A DNA stretch of 32,000 nt from Gemmataceae bacterium (GTDB taxonomy: Bacteria > Planctomycetota > Planctomycetia > Gemmatales > Gemmataceae), in assembly GCA_046719305.1 (NCBI GenBank), contig JBDNDE010000001.1, positions 8,607 through 40,606 on the forward strand, written 5' to 3'. Made by a program: the position numbers and the translations under genes. How positions within the stretch are numbered: position 1 is the first letter of the stretch; every line of letters begins with the position of its first letter. Positions 1 to 9,585 of this stretch are shown here, piece after piece. A model generated the notes under the pieces. The model worked only from the letters and a program-made list of their open reading frames with translations, had not been told where the DNA came from and did no database searches.

Positions 1-2719
1 TCGTTAGCACCGTGTAGAGCGTCTGATAGGCCCCGAGCTTCTCCGCGTCGCGTTGCGCTTTTTGAAACGGCCGTTTGTTCCGGCGAACATACCAGTTGCT
101 GAGTTTGTCATCGACGAAGCGTTCAGCTTCGAGGCAGAAGTTCATGACCTCATACTGAGCAAACGATTCGCGGGCGGTGTGGATGAGGGTTTGCAAGTTG
201 GCCAGAATCCAGCGGTCCAGATCGCTGCGTTGGGCAACAGGAACAACGGGAGCCATCGGGTCAAAGTCGTCCAGCCGGGCGTAATTGCAGAAGAACGCAT
301 AGCTGTTCCACAGCTTCAAGACAAATCGCGAGCGTAATTCATCGGCGGGGCCGGGGCCGAGGTTGATATTCGACGCCGGAGCCTGTCGGCAATACAACCA
401 GCGGATCACGTCGGCACCGATGGGCTTATACTTGCCGATGAGCGCTGGAATTTTCTTGCCCTCGATGATCCGCTCCCCCTCGTACACTTCCAGATACCCC
501 GCCGGCAGACCGCCTTTATCGGCCGCTTGCTTGGCCTGAACCTCGAGCGGCTGTTTAGGATTACGCGGCACAAACAGTTCATAGCCGCTGTCGGCGGCAC
601 CATTGAATTCGATGGAGTTGCCCTTGGATTTGTGCATCTCTTGACCGTTCTGGTCGCGTACTAGGCCATGACCCAGCAACACTTTGAACGGCGGACGGTT
701 CTCCATCATCGTGCTCATGGCTAGGATGGCGTAGAACCAGTTACGGAACTGGCCCGGGAAACATTCGGTGATGAAGTCGGCTGGGAACCATTTCTCCCAC
801 TCGGCCCGATCGTGGTTGTAACCCAGCGTAGAATAGGGCACGATTCCCGCATCTAACCAGGGGTTGCCAACATCGGGAATCCGGCTCATCAAGTTGCCGG
901 TCTTAGGATTGCGAATCTTCACCTTGTCGATGTAAGGCCGATGCGGGGTGTGGCCAACAAATTCGTGCCAGCCTTCAACGGCACGTTCTTTCAGTTCTTC
1001 ATAGCTGCCGATCACCTCGAACTCGCCGGTGACCTCGTCGACCCAGATGGGCAGCGCTAACCCCCAATAGCGTTTTTTGGAGATCATCCAATCGCCCATA
1101 TTCCACAGCCAATCGCGCTCGCGAGCTCGGCCATTGATGCTCTCGGGTAGGAAGGTGACTTGATCGACGATCTTCATGATCGCGCCGCGGAAGCCTTCTT
1201 CGCTGTGGCGCGGCCCCATGTGGATGAACCATTCATCGACTAGGCGGTAGAGCAACTCCGTCTTGCAGCGCCAGCAGTGCGGGTATCGGTGGACGTAACG
1301 CTCGATGGCAAACAGCCGCCCTGTTGCCTTGAGATGCTCGAACACCACGTCGGCGGTGGTCGGATCAACCGCATGTTTGCCGCTCAGTGGGCCAAAACCC
1401 TCGAGAAAGACGCCAAACTCATCGAGCGGAGCGATCGGCGGCAGACCGTTCTCTTTGCCCCAGGTGAAGTCGATCTGGCCGCAGCCCGGCGCAGTGTGGA
1501 CGATGCCCGTACCTTCGTTTTCGGTGACATCCTCGCCGCCGGAAATGACGCGATGGGCCTCCGCTGCGCAGATGGCCCCATTCCAGCCGCGTTGCTGGGC
1601 GACGCGTGAGACCAGTTCGGGATAGCCGCCCGGATGCTGCTGCGCCGGCGTGTCATCAAACGGGCCGACATAGCGTAGCCCGAGTAATTCCTGCCCTGAC
1701 ACCTCCCCTAGAACAACATAGCCGTCTTTGCCGGCCTTTTCCTTGAAGATCTGCTCAATGGATTTCAGATGAGGCACACCGTCGATCCAGGCCCGCTTGC
1801 CCTTCTTGGCTGTGGCGTCGCCCTCGGATTCCGCGTCGAGGCCGGCTTCGCCACCCTCCATGCGATTAAGCTTAAAAGCCCCCTTGGCAACGTAGTAGAG
1901 TTCGTCCTTGAGTTTCACGCGTAGATACGTCAGTTTGGGATTGACCGCCGCACCGACGTTGCTGGAAAGTGTCCAGGGGGTGGTGGTCCAGACCAGCAGG
2001 TTTTCGCCGGGCCGATCCCGCAGCGGAAACTTGACAAAGACGGCCCGGTGTTCGATCTCCTTGTACCCCTCCTTAATCTCCTGCTCCGAGATACCCACAC
2101 CACATCGGCCGCACCAGGGCATGGCATCGTAGCCGCGGTAGATCAGCCCCTGGTGATGGCACTTTTGCAGAAACTTCCAGATGGTGTAGTTGTTCTCCTC
2201 GGAGAGAGTGAAGTAGGACTTCCGTTGGCCGGCGGGTTTGGCCCAGTCGGCGTCGGTGCGGTCCCAGTTCATCCAGTAGCCCAGGCGAATGGATTGCTCG
2301 GTCTGCACGCGGGCGAACCGGTCGACGCGGTCCTTGCACGCCTGGACGAATTTGGCAATGCTAGCGTCGCGGTCGCCGGGCACTAGGTTCTCGATGTCAC
2401 GCTTGGTCCGCAGCTGCAGTTCCTTCTCTACCTCCACTTCGACCCACAACCCCTGACAATCGAAGCCGTTCTGATATCGCAGCCGCTGGCCGAGCATGGC
2501 ATGGAAACGTTGATAGGCGTCCTTATAGGTACGGCCCCAGGCGTGATGGACGCCCATCGGGTTGTTCGCGGTTATAGGGCCATCAAGAAAGGACCAGATG
2601 GGGCCATTTTGGTTCTTTTCCACCAATCGCTCGAAGGCGTTGATTCGGTCCCAAAAAGCTAACACCTCACGTTCCAGAGCAGGAAAATCAACTTGCGTCT
2701 CAACTTTCTCAAACGGCAT
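1..2719 (-). CDS. ileS: isoleucine--tRNA ligase (class I aaRS); C-terminal end lies beyond the left window edge
   Basis: It is absent from the ORF track because no stop codon falls in the window. Manual translation from ATG at 2719..2717 gives MPFEKVETQVDFPALEREVLAFWDRINAFERLVEKNQNGPIWSFLDGPITANNPMGVHHAWGRTYKD..., open all the way to nt 1. A HIGH-region variant (PMGVHHAWG) is present. The IleRS-type motifs VWTTTPWTLSSN, WCGRCG and DWMISKKRYWGLALPIW are present. A KMSKS-like EMHKSKGNS lies at about 614-640, in frame with the start. Confidence 0.85.
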   Translation of the reverse strand, partial: MPFEKVETQVDFPALEREVLAFWDRINAFERLVEKNQNGPIWSFLDGPITANNPMGVHHAWGRTYKDAYQRFHAMLGQRLRYQNGFDCQGLWVEVEVEKELQLRTKRDIENLVPGDRDASIAKFVQACKDRVDRFARVQTEQSIRLGYWMNWDRTDADWAKPAGQRKSYFTLSEENNYTIWKFLQKCHHQGLIYRGYDAMPWCGRCGVGISEQEIKEGYKEIEHRAVFVKFPLRDRPGENLLVWTTTPWTLSSNVGAAVNPKLTYLRVKLKDELYYVAKGAFKLNRMEGGEAGLDAESEGDATAKKGKRAWIDGVPHLKSIEQIFKEKAGKDGYVVLGEVSGQELLGLRYVGPFDDTPAQQHPGGYPELVSRVAQQRGWNGAICAAEAHRVISGGEDVTENEGTGIVHTAPGCGQIDFTWGKENGLPPIAPLDEFGVFLEGFGPLSGKHAVDPTTADVVFEHLKATGRLFAIERYVHRYPHCWRCKTELLYRLVDEWFIHMGPRHSEEGFRGAIMKIVDQVTFLPESINGRARERDWLWNMGDWMISKKRYWGLALPIWVDEVTGEFEVIGSYEELKERAVEGWHEFVGHTPHRPYIDKVKIRNPKTGNLMSRIPDVGNPWLDAGIVPYSTLGYNHDRAEWEKWFPADFITECFPGQFRNWFYAILAMSTMMENRPPFKVLLGHGLVRDQNGQEMHKSKGNSIEFNGAADSGYELFVPRNPKQPLEVQAKQAADKGGLPAGYLEVYEGERIIEGKKIPALIGKYKPIGADVIRWLYCRQAPASNINLGPGPADELRSRFVLKLWNSYAFFCNYARLDDFDPMAPVVPVAQRSDLDRWILANLQTLIHTARESFAQYEVMNFCLEAERFVDDKLSNWYVRRNKRPFQKAQRDAEKLGAYQTLYTVLT

Positions 2720-2768
2720 CGCGAAAAACCTCAGAAGGAATGTTCGATTATTGTAGCAGAATGCCCCC

Positions 2769-3606
2769 ATGTGGTCAGGCGAGGCAGTTGATGGGGCGTA
2801 CTGCATCCGGCTGCCAGGGCCAGGGCGTTCGCACCTCTCCAGCACCTCGATGGATCAGTCGGCCGCCAAGTATCTTGGGCCGACCTGGTTGACCTCGTTG
2901 GCGTTGTCGTTCGCCAATGGGGGTAAACGCGACACTCTCACGCAATTCGATGGGTTAGACATCCCAGCGATTGGCACGTCCCGCAGGGTGTTTGAACGGC
3001 TGGTTCCCTCAGCGGACAAGGCACAACTCGAAGAGGCTCGCAAACGCTTGGCCCTGGAGCGCAGCGTATTGGATACCGCCTCAGACGAGGTGAACGCCCT
3101 GCAACGCCGACTCGGAGCCAGCGACCAGTATCGGCTGGAGGAGTATCTCACTTCCATTCGGAAACTGGAACGCCGACTGCTGGACACGGACGCTATTTTG
3201 CGCGGTGCTCACGACTACCACCACCAAGGTTGTCAGGGCTCGGCAGACAACCCCGATGGGAAACTGATTTCCGCTCGCGACGAGATGGTTTGCGCCTGCC
3301 TGGGGCGGCTAATGACCAAACTCGCCGCTTGGCCCGCTAAAGACGGCAGTGTGCTGGATTCCACCGTGCTACTGCTCGGCGGGGCGTAGATTAGCAGCCA
3401 CTGCGGCAAGAGCTTCCCGACGTTGCTAGCAGGCGGTAAAAAGCTCGGCTTCCGCCACGGTCAGCACCACCGCCGGCAGTCAGGCAAAATGCCGATGTCG
3501 GATCTGTACCTCACGATCCTGCAAGAACTGGGCTGCCCAATTAAAAGCATCAAAGATTAAGAGCATCAAAGAAAGCTGTGGCCCCATTGGCGAGTTGCTG
3601 GATGAA
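2769..3606 (+). pseudogene. degraded remnant of a DUF1552-family gene (planctomycete secreted-protein family)
   Basis: The 206-aa ORF contains SMDQ..(K)YLG, RRVFERLV and SVLDTASDEVNALQRRLGASDQYRLEEYLTSIRKLERRL, which matches my recollection of DUF1552 motifs. The frame is broken by an in-frame TAG at 3387-3389 and then continues in the same frame (..FPTLLAGGKKLGFRHGQHH..MPMSDLYLTILQELGCPIKSIKD*, stop at 3558-3560). The expected C-terminal motif (KSIKESCGPIGELL) continues in another frame after a 16-nt duplication. The N-terminal ~100 aa and a central block typical of the ~430-aa family are missing. Confidence 0.7.
3546..3577 (+). repeat. short tandem direct duplication (16-nt period) inside the DUF1552 relic
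   Basis: agcatcaaaga occurs at 3546-3556 and again at 3562-3572. Including the 3 preceding nt, the copies match 13/14. At protein level this is KSIKD(stop) followed by KSIKE in the +1 frame. Removing one 16-nt unit restores a continuous ..LGCPIKSIKESCGPIGELL.. reading. Confidence 0.6.
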
Positions 3607-3617
3607 TCCTGTCGGGG

Positions 3618-6600
3618 TCACTTTTCCTTCGGGGTGACCTTGTCCAGCAGTTTCTTGAAATCGTCGCGGTCATGTAGCAGTTTCAGTTGTGGATCGCGGC
3701 GTAGGATGGACGGCGATTCATCGCGGTCCTTGACGCTGAGTTCGATGTAGGTCACCGCCTGAGCGAGTATCTTCTCGCGCTCGGCCTTGTCCTCCGTTCG
3801 TCCAGCCAGGTGCATCAAGACCACCGCGGCCTCGTAGCCGCTGCGTTCTCTGGGGTTGTCGCGTTTGGTCATCTCCGAAGCGAGACGGAGAACCTCGTCA
3901 CGCCGGTTGCGCAAAAGAGCAACCATCGCTTTACATGTTAGAATCTGGAAATGATTCTCACGCCACCTGGGGTAGTCCTTCGCGTAGGCTTCCCACGACT
4001 TCAGTGCTTTCTGGAAGGCGGAGAGAGCGGCGAGTCGTTTGCCCTGACGCATCAGTGTCTCTGCAAGATGCACGTGTGTGTTGGCCAGATCGCGACGATA
4101 CATGCGTATGCGTGGAGCACTATCAACCAACTCGTCCAGCAGTTTCTCTGCCTTTCGGTACTGCAACTCGGCCGTGAGGGGCCGGTCGAGATACAAAAGC
4201 AAGAACTTTGCCTGATTGTGCAAGGTGGCCGCGAGGTCAAAGCGAGACATCGCGAGTTTGGGATCCTGACGGACCAGTTCACGCACGATCTCAAGGGCTT
4301 CCTCGTAGGCTACATCGGCATCGGCCAACTTCCCCATGCGTGCGTACAATCCTGCCACGGTACCGAGAAGCTCGGAGTAGTGACGTTTTAGGAAAGCCTG
4401 ATCGGGGTTCGCTTTCAACGCCCTGCGGATCAGGGCTAACGATTCTGCGATTGCTTTGGTCGCTTGGACTGGCTCGTCCTTCAAGACATGGCGAGCGGCT
4501 AACTCCATGTACGAATTCGAGAGATCGTGAATGATGTAAGGGTCGGGTTGGAGCTGGACCATCGGCTTAAGCAGGTCGATCGACTTCTGAAAACCGCTGG
4601 TGGCCAAGTCATCCTCTTGGCTACCGGCACAGATCGACGCCCGGTTGTGGTACAACGCTGCCAGCGGATACTGGATGGCAAAATCACCCTGGTGACGTTT
4701 TAGGGCCTGCTCGCCGTATTCCACGCCCTGCGAAAAAATCTTCTTGGCCAGGTCATCATCAATGTTTCCTTTATAGATACTGGCAAGAGTGTTGTAGGCC
4801 ATCACGACATCGCCATCTTTGGAAGGAGTGGATTGCAACGCGTGAGCCTTTTTAAACAGGTCGAGTGCCTGCTTGGCATGCTTGATCCCTTCGGTATGGA
4901 AACCTAATTCATCGAGCAGATCAGCATAGGTCATCAGCGTGTTCGCATAGTCACGCACATAATCGGGATCATTTGGGTAGCGTTTCACAAGCCTCTCGTA
5001 AATCGCCAGGCAGCGTTCCAGGCTGGGGCGAGCTACCTCGTGGCGATATTCCTCGACCATGCGTTTGGAAAGATTGTGGACAACGGCGGCAAGACTGTAG
5101 ATCACGTCAGGATTATCGCTACCCGTGACGCCCGCTCGCTCCAGGTGAAATTGCGCCTTGAACCATTGCTGATTGGTGTAGGCAATCTTCGCCTCGGACC
5201 CATTCCAGCTATCGCTCAACATCAGGCGTGTGGCCCGGGCCTGTTGTTCCTCCTTGTCGGGCAAACGCACCAGTTGCTGCAGTTGATCTTGTAGGATGTT
5301 GCCTCGAAATCCTTCGGACAAGCTGGTGAGCCGTACCCCCCGGCGTTGCCAGTTCAACTCCGATTGCACACGGGCGGTCATCACTGGGGGCAAGGGCTTA
5401 CCGGTTGCCGTGTCCCAAAGACGGAAGCCCTTGACCTCTCGTGTGACTGAATCCACGTTCGTGCAAACAATCTGCAACAGATCCTGGGAGAACCAGGGAC
5501 GTTCTGTTTCCTCAAAAGGCTTGTCAATCGGTTGATGAGAAAGCAAGTTGCCCGTCTCCACGTCCCAGATTGTGACGCTGGGTTGGGTTTTGAGCACGGT
5601 CAACCGCCCCCCGCTCAGACACCCCAGACGCTTGCCATCCGACGAGTAGGCCACCGCATAAATCGGTCCGGCCAGGTGCGGCCTCGCGTCGTATTGCCGG
5701 ATCGACTTGCCGGAGGGAACCTCGATCTCTCCCAGTTCGTAGCCTGCGGACACGGCCAGGCGTTTGCGGTCGAGGTGATAGGCACAGGTCATCGTGGCCA
5801 GGAGGGGCGTTGTTGTTTCCCACAGCAGGTTGCCTGTGGCCGAGCGGCACTCGATACGGGGACCGGGGTGGCGGCTCAGCGACCATTTTTGGTCCGGGTC
5901 GCGAACCCCCCAGGAGTTCCGATGTCCATTGACCGACGACATCTGCGCCAATTCTGGCACGGGTCGGTCATCGTACACTTGAACGCCCTGAGAACTGCTC
6001 ACGACCAGGTAGTGACCATCGGGACTGAAGCGTGCCACAACGGGTCGCAGGTCTCTTTTTTGCTTGGGATACGGGTCAAAGCCAGTTTGCAGTGCCAGCA
6101 ACTCTTGTTTCGTGAAAAGATCCCACAGCTGGATGCTTCCCGATTCATCGGAACTAACGATCCGTGACAGCGAGGGGTGCCAATCGGCGGAATAAATTGT
6201 TCCACGTAGCCCCGAAAGCAGAAAAAGGAAGCGATTGTTGCGGTCTCGCACTGCGATTTGTTCGGACATCTGTTGCAGGTTGTCTGCACCGAAAGAAAGC
6301 CACAGGCCCTCTCGGGGAGCGACGGCCCAACCTTGGGTCAGCCCGTCATGCAGCCGCAACTGCGGGAGAATTTTGCCCGACTTGGGGTCATATCGCCGAA
6401 CCTGGGGGCTACTGGATTCCAGGGTCCAGATGGCATCACCCTGAGGACTCAGCGAGATTTCGCGGATTAGTTGGGTGTCGACGCTCCAGAGGAGCTTGCC
6501 GGCCTCGACTTCCAGTAGCGACACCTTTCCACGTTTCCGAGCCAAATCGATACGCGAACCGACCAGCAACTGCTTGCTGTCGGGGCTAAAAGCCACCGCC

Positions 6601-9509
6601 GTTGTCGGAAGGTTGTCCCTCTTCCAGACCAACTCACCCGTTGCTGCGTCATACAGCCGCAGGTTGTGCTCCGGCTCACCGTCCTCGTCCCAGTTCCCCG
6701 TGGCAATCCATCGGCCATCGGGCGACCAGGCGGCCACCCGTGCCGGACGCAACGTGCGAACCAGTTTGCCGGTTGCCAGTTCCCAGACGTAGGCCGGCCC
6801 AGCGCCTGCCGTCAGGAGATAGCGGGAGTCAGGCGAAAACGATAGATGGCGTGGCAGATGACTGGCCACCTGCAACCAGCGGGCCTCGAAGCGCGGTTTG
6901 ATGCTCCAAAAGGTTGAATGGAGGAAGCCTTGCAGCGGCGACACCGCCACATGTTGGCTATCGGCCGTAAAGCTGTAGCTGAGCTGTTGCAAGGCCAGCG
7001 GTAAGCGAAAGGCAGTCTTGCCAGTGGTGGACTCCACGAAGGTCAGTCCGTCGCGGTTGCGCAACACCCAGTATTGCCCGTCGGGCGTGATTTGGACAAA
7101 GCGACTTCCGGGATGGTTTTCGGATAGGTCGGGTCCAGCCGGTTTGCCGGTGCGCGGCGCGACGATTTCCTGCTTTTCGGGTCGGAGCAGGAAAAGTTCA
7201 TCCCGCTCAGGATGCAATGCGAAGGAATCCGAGCGGCTCTCTCGCTCTAGGGGCCAGGTACGCGGCTGGCCCGTGCCTGTCTCCCAGATGCGGAGTTGCC
7301 CACCCTTAGTGTGGTCCACCGGGCCACCCAACCAGACCAACAACTGACTTTCCCGATCGAAATCAAGTGCATAGCTTCGCGGTGCTTTTGTTTCAAAAAC
7401 ATGCAGCTTCTTGCCCTCACTTGACCAGATCCTCACTCCCGAAGGGCCAGCTGCCGCATAGCTTTTGCCATCGCGTGCATAGGCGACCAGTTGCACGGGA
7501 TTGCTAGCGTCCTCAGGTGCAGGCAACGGCTTGCCCGAAGGAAATTCCCACCGCAACAGCCCTTTAGGACCACCAGCCAACAGAATCTTCCCATCGGGGC
7601 TGAACCGTGGCCGAAGATCGACTGCTACTTCCCCTTGCAGAAGGATCGGCTTTTCTACCTGGCTGAGGTCTACGAGGGCGAACTGATCCGGGCCTACGAA
7701 GCCGGCCATGTGCCTCCCATCGGGATGAAACACAACCTGGCCCCCCACACCGTCCACCTGCGTATGGCCATAGTGCATGACGCGGCGGAGGAAATGCCAT
7801 TCCCACTGGCGTAAATCAGGCGGCACCTGATCGAGCAGATCACAGGCCGATTTGTGGTTGGTCCGCTTCCAGGCTTCAAACGCTCGCGTAATCAGGTTGG
7901 CAGCTAAGGCACGCCGAGTGTCGCGTTCGGAGCGTTCCGCCTGTTGACGGGCCTGCGTGGCTTTGGCCTGGGCCGCTTTCGCTTTCGCCTCCTCGGCTTT
8001 GGCGCGTGCCTCTTCTTGCTCGGCTTTGGCCTGGGCCTTTTTGGCTGCCTGGGCGGAACGCTCCGCGACGCTCTTCTGGATTCTCGCCTCGTTGGCTTCG
8101 CGCTGGGCTCGTTCGCGTTGTTCGGCTTCCTTCTTCTGCGCGTCGGTTGCTTTGTCGCGCTCTTTACTGGCAATCTGCCGTTGTTCTTCGGCTGTTTGGC
8201 GTTCTTTGTCCGCCCGATCGCGCTGCAGAGTGGCCCAAAGAGACTGCATGCGCGCGTTATCGGCTTCGCTTTCGGCTCGCAGCCACAATCCCGTCACCAG
8301 GATGGAACCTACCAGTGTCAGCGTCACCGCCAGGCTACTCAACGCGGCCACTACTGGGTTGCGTTTGGCCCATTTGGCCGCACGGCCGACTGCGCTCAGT
8401 GGCCGAGCCACGATAGGTTCACCAGCCTGATAACGCCGCAGATCGTCGGCCAGTTCCTCGGCCGAGCCATAGCGGCGCGTGGGGTCTTTCTCCAGGCATT
8501 TGAGTGTAATGGTATTGAGGTCAACCGGGATGGTAGGAACAAGTTGTTTGGGCAGCACCGGATCGACATTCAACACTTGATGCAACGTCTCGCGGGTGCT
8601 GGCTCCCTGGAACGGTGCGCGGCCAGTCAAGCACTTGTACAGAATCGCCCCCAGGGCATAAACATCGGCCAACGGCCCAATGTCGTGGATACGACCGGCG
8701 GCCTGCTCGGGAGCCATGTACGATGGGGTGCCCATGATCTGGCCGGTGACTGTTTGGCCGTGATCGTCGTCGAGTTGTTTAGCCAGGCCGAAGTCCGTGA
8801 TTTTAACCAGGTGATACCATTCATTCGGACCGGCAACCGATTTGCTGGGTAGACTTTGTCCGGGGAGGCGAACATCGCGGCTACTCTGGCGACGAGCCGT
8901 CGCTTTGCGGTCGGCGCGATCTAGCCCTTGCAACAACACATTGGCCGGTTTGAGATCGCGATGGATGATCTGCCGCGTGTGCGCGTAATGCATCGCACGC
9001 GCCAACACCTCTACCAGGGCGGCCGCCTCAGCCGGAGTCTGTGGTTCGCTTCCCAGATACTGCGACAGATTGATGCCCTCGATCAATTCCAGCGAGAAAT
9101 AGGGCATCCCCTCGTGGTCGCCAATCTCATAAAGCGTCACGATGTTGGGATGCTGCAATCGCGCCGCTGACTGTGCCTCAGAACGAAACCGGGCCAGTTC
9201 TATCTCGCCGGCCAAGTTAGCCGAGCGGATCATCTTGAGCGCAACGGTACGGTTCAAGGCCGGTTGCCGGGCTTTGTACACGACGCCCATGCCACCACGG
9301 CCTAATTCGCCTAGCACCTCATACGGACCAATCTTCTGTCCAATGGGGCCAGGGAGCTTGCCGCCGGTAGAGTTGGGCAAGGCCAACGAATCCTCGGCAG
9401 CTTGACCTTCATAGGCATCGGTGTGACCGGCTTCGGCAGTCGTGGTTTGCTGGCGAACGTCTGGTTCAGAAGTGACAGCAGGGGGAACGGTCGGACGTTC
9501 GGGAGTCAT
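3618..9509 (-). CDS. giant membrane-spanning Ser/Thr protein kinase: N-terminal Hanks kinase domain, one TM helix, Lys/Ala/Glu-rich coiled coil, WD40-type beta-propeller repeats, C-terminal TPR region (1963 aa)
   Basis: The ORF is complete, with GGAGGA 5 nt upstream of the ATG. Kinase motifs are GELGRGGMGVVYKA, VALK, HRDLKPANVLL, DFGLAK and SYMAPE (about aa 62-366, nt ~8412-9326). The TM helix is VVAALSSLAVTLTLVGSILVTGLWL (nt ~8283-8354). The coiled coil is KAQAKAEQEEARAKAEEAKAKAAQAKATQARQQ (nt ~7875-8267). There are at least 10 repeats of the F/W-SPDG-x-hydrophobic type, e.g. FSPDGKILLAG, WSPDGRWIATG, FSPDSKQLLVG and FSPDGHYLVVSS (nt ~5400-7830). TPR-like helical repeats run to the C-terminus (nt ~3690-5370). 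Confidence 0.95.
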   Translation of the reverse strand: MTPERPTVPPAVTSEPDVRQQTTTAEAGHTDAYEGQAAEDSLALPNSTGGKLPGPIGQKIGPYEVLGELGRGGMGVVYKARQPALNRTVALKMIRSANLAGEIELARFRSEAQSAARLQHPNIVTLYEIGDHEGMPYFSLELIEGINLSQYLGSEPQTPAEAAALVEVLARAMHYAHTRQIIHRDLKPANVLLQGLDRADRKATARRQSSRDVRLPGQSLPSKSVAGPNEWYHLVKITDFGLAKQLDDDHGQTVTGQIMGTPSYMAPEQAAGRIHDIGPLADVYALGAILYKCLTGRAPFQGASTRETLHQVLNVDPVLPKQLVPTIPVDLNTITLKCLEKDPTRRYGSAEELADDLRRYQAGEPIVARPLSAVGRAAKWAKRNPVVAALSSLAVTLTLVGSILVTGLWLRAESEADNARMQSLWATLQRDRADKERQTAEEQRQIASKERDKATDAQKKEAEQRERAQREANEARIQKSVAERSAQAAKKAQAKAEQEEARAKAEEAKAKAAQAKATQARQQAERSERDTRRALAANLITRAFEAWKRTNHKSACDLLDQVPPDLRQWEWHFLRRVMHYGHTQVDGVGGQVVFHPDGRHMAGFVGPDQFALVDLSQVEKPILLQGEVAVDLRPRFSPDGKILLAGGPKGLLRWEFPSGKPLPAPEDASNPVQLVAYARDGKSYAAAGPSGVRIWSSEGKKLHVFETKAPRSYALDFDRESQLLVWLGGPVDHTKGGQLRIWETGTGQPRTWPLERESRSDSFALHPERDELFLLRPEKQEIVAPRTGKPAGPDLSENHPGSRFVQITPDGQYWVLRNRDGLTFVESTTGKTAFRLPLALQQLSYSFTADSQHVAVSPLQGFLHSTFWSIKPRFEARWLQVASHLPRHLSFSPDSRYLLTAGAGPAYVWELATGKLVRTLRPARVAAWSPDGRWIATGNWDEDGEPEHNLRLYDAATGELVWKRDNLPTTAVAFSPDSKQLLVGSRIDLARKRGKVSLLEVEAGKLLWSVDTQLIREISLSPQGDAIWTLESSSPQVRRYDPKSGKILPQLRLHDGLTQGWAVAPREGLWLSFGADNLQQMSEQIAVRDRNNRFLFLLSGLRGTIYSADWHPSLSRIVSSDESGSIQLWDLFTKQELLALQTGFDPYPKQKRDLRPVVARFSPDGHYLVVSSSQGVQVYDDRPVPELAQMSSVNGHRNSWGVRDPDQKWSLSRHPGPRIECRSATGNLLWETTTPLLATMTCAYHLDRKRLAVSAGYELGEIEVPSGKSIRQYDARPHLAGPIYAVAYSSDGKRLGCLSGGRLTVLKTQPSVTIWDVETGNLLSHQPIDKPFEETERPWFSQDLLQIVCTNVDSVTREVKGFRLWDTATGKPLPPVMTARVQSELNWQRRGVRLTSLSEGFRGNILQDQLQQLVRLPDKEEQQARATRLMLSDSWNGSEAKIAYTNQQWFKAQFHLERAGVTGSDNPDVIYSLAAVVHNLSKRMVEEYRHEVARPSLERCLAIYERLVKRYPNDPDYVRDYANTLMTYADLLDELGFHTEGIKHAKQALDLFKKAHALQSTPSKDGDVVMAYNTLASIYKGNIDDDLAKKIFSQGVEYGEQALKRHQGDFAIQYPLAALYHNRASICAGSQEDDLATSGFQKSIDLLKPMVQLQPDPYIIHDLSNSYMELAARHVLKDEPVQATKAIAESLALIRRALKANPDQAFLKRHYSELLGTVAGLYARMGKLADADVAYEEALEIVRELVRQDPKLAMSRFDLAATLHNQAKFLLLYLDRPLTAELQYRKAEKLLDELVDSAPRIRMYRRDLANTHVHLAETLMRQGKRLAALSAFQKALKSWEAYAKDYPRWRENHFQILTCKAMVALLRNRRDEVLRLASEMTKRDNPRERSGYEAAVVLMHLAGRTEDKAEREKILAQAVTYIELSVKDRDESPSILRRDPQLKLLHDRDDFKKLLDKVTPKEK

Positions 9510-9585
9510 GGCGAGTCCTCCGGGGCAATGGGGCCTGATTATCCTCTGCCGCTACGGAGGGGTCAAGCAGGCTGCTGAAAAGTCC

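Noticed and set aside
53-2386. Several 60-112-aa ORFs on both strands (53-337, 1277-1609, 2048-2386 and others).
   Set aside because: All lie inside the ileS coding region, in other frames or on the other strand. The ileS frame is open across the whole interval and carries class I aaRS motifs.
5532-6167. A 211-aa plus-strand ORF.
   Set aside because: It is antisense to the WD40 region of the kinase gene. It has no motifs, and its Arg/Gly/Pro-rich composition is characteristic of a non-coding frame in high-GC DNA.
7944-8852. A 302-aa plus-strand ORF, together with the overlapping ORFs at 7957-8430, 8006-8416 and 7904-8173.
   Set aside because: It lies antisense or out of frame within the kinase gene's Lys/Ala/Glu-rich coiled-coil segment. 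The translation is low-complexity (Leu/Gly/Phe/Arg runs), typical of shadow ORFs opposite a GC-rich repetitive coding region.
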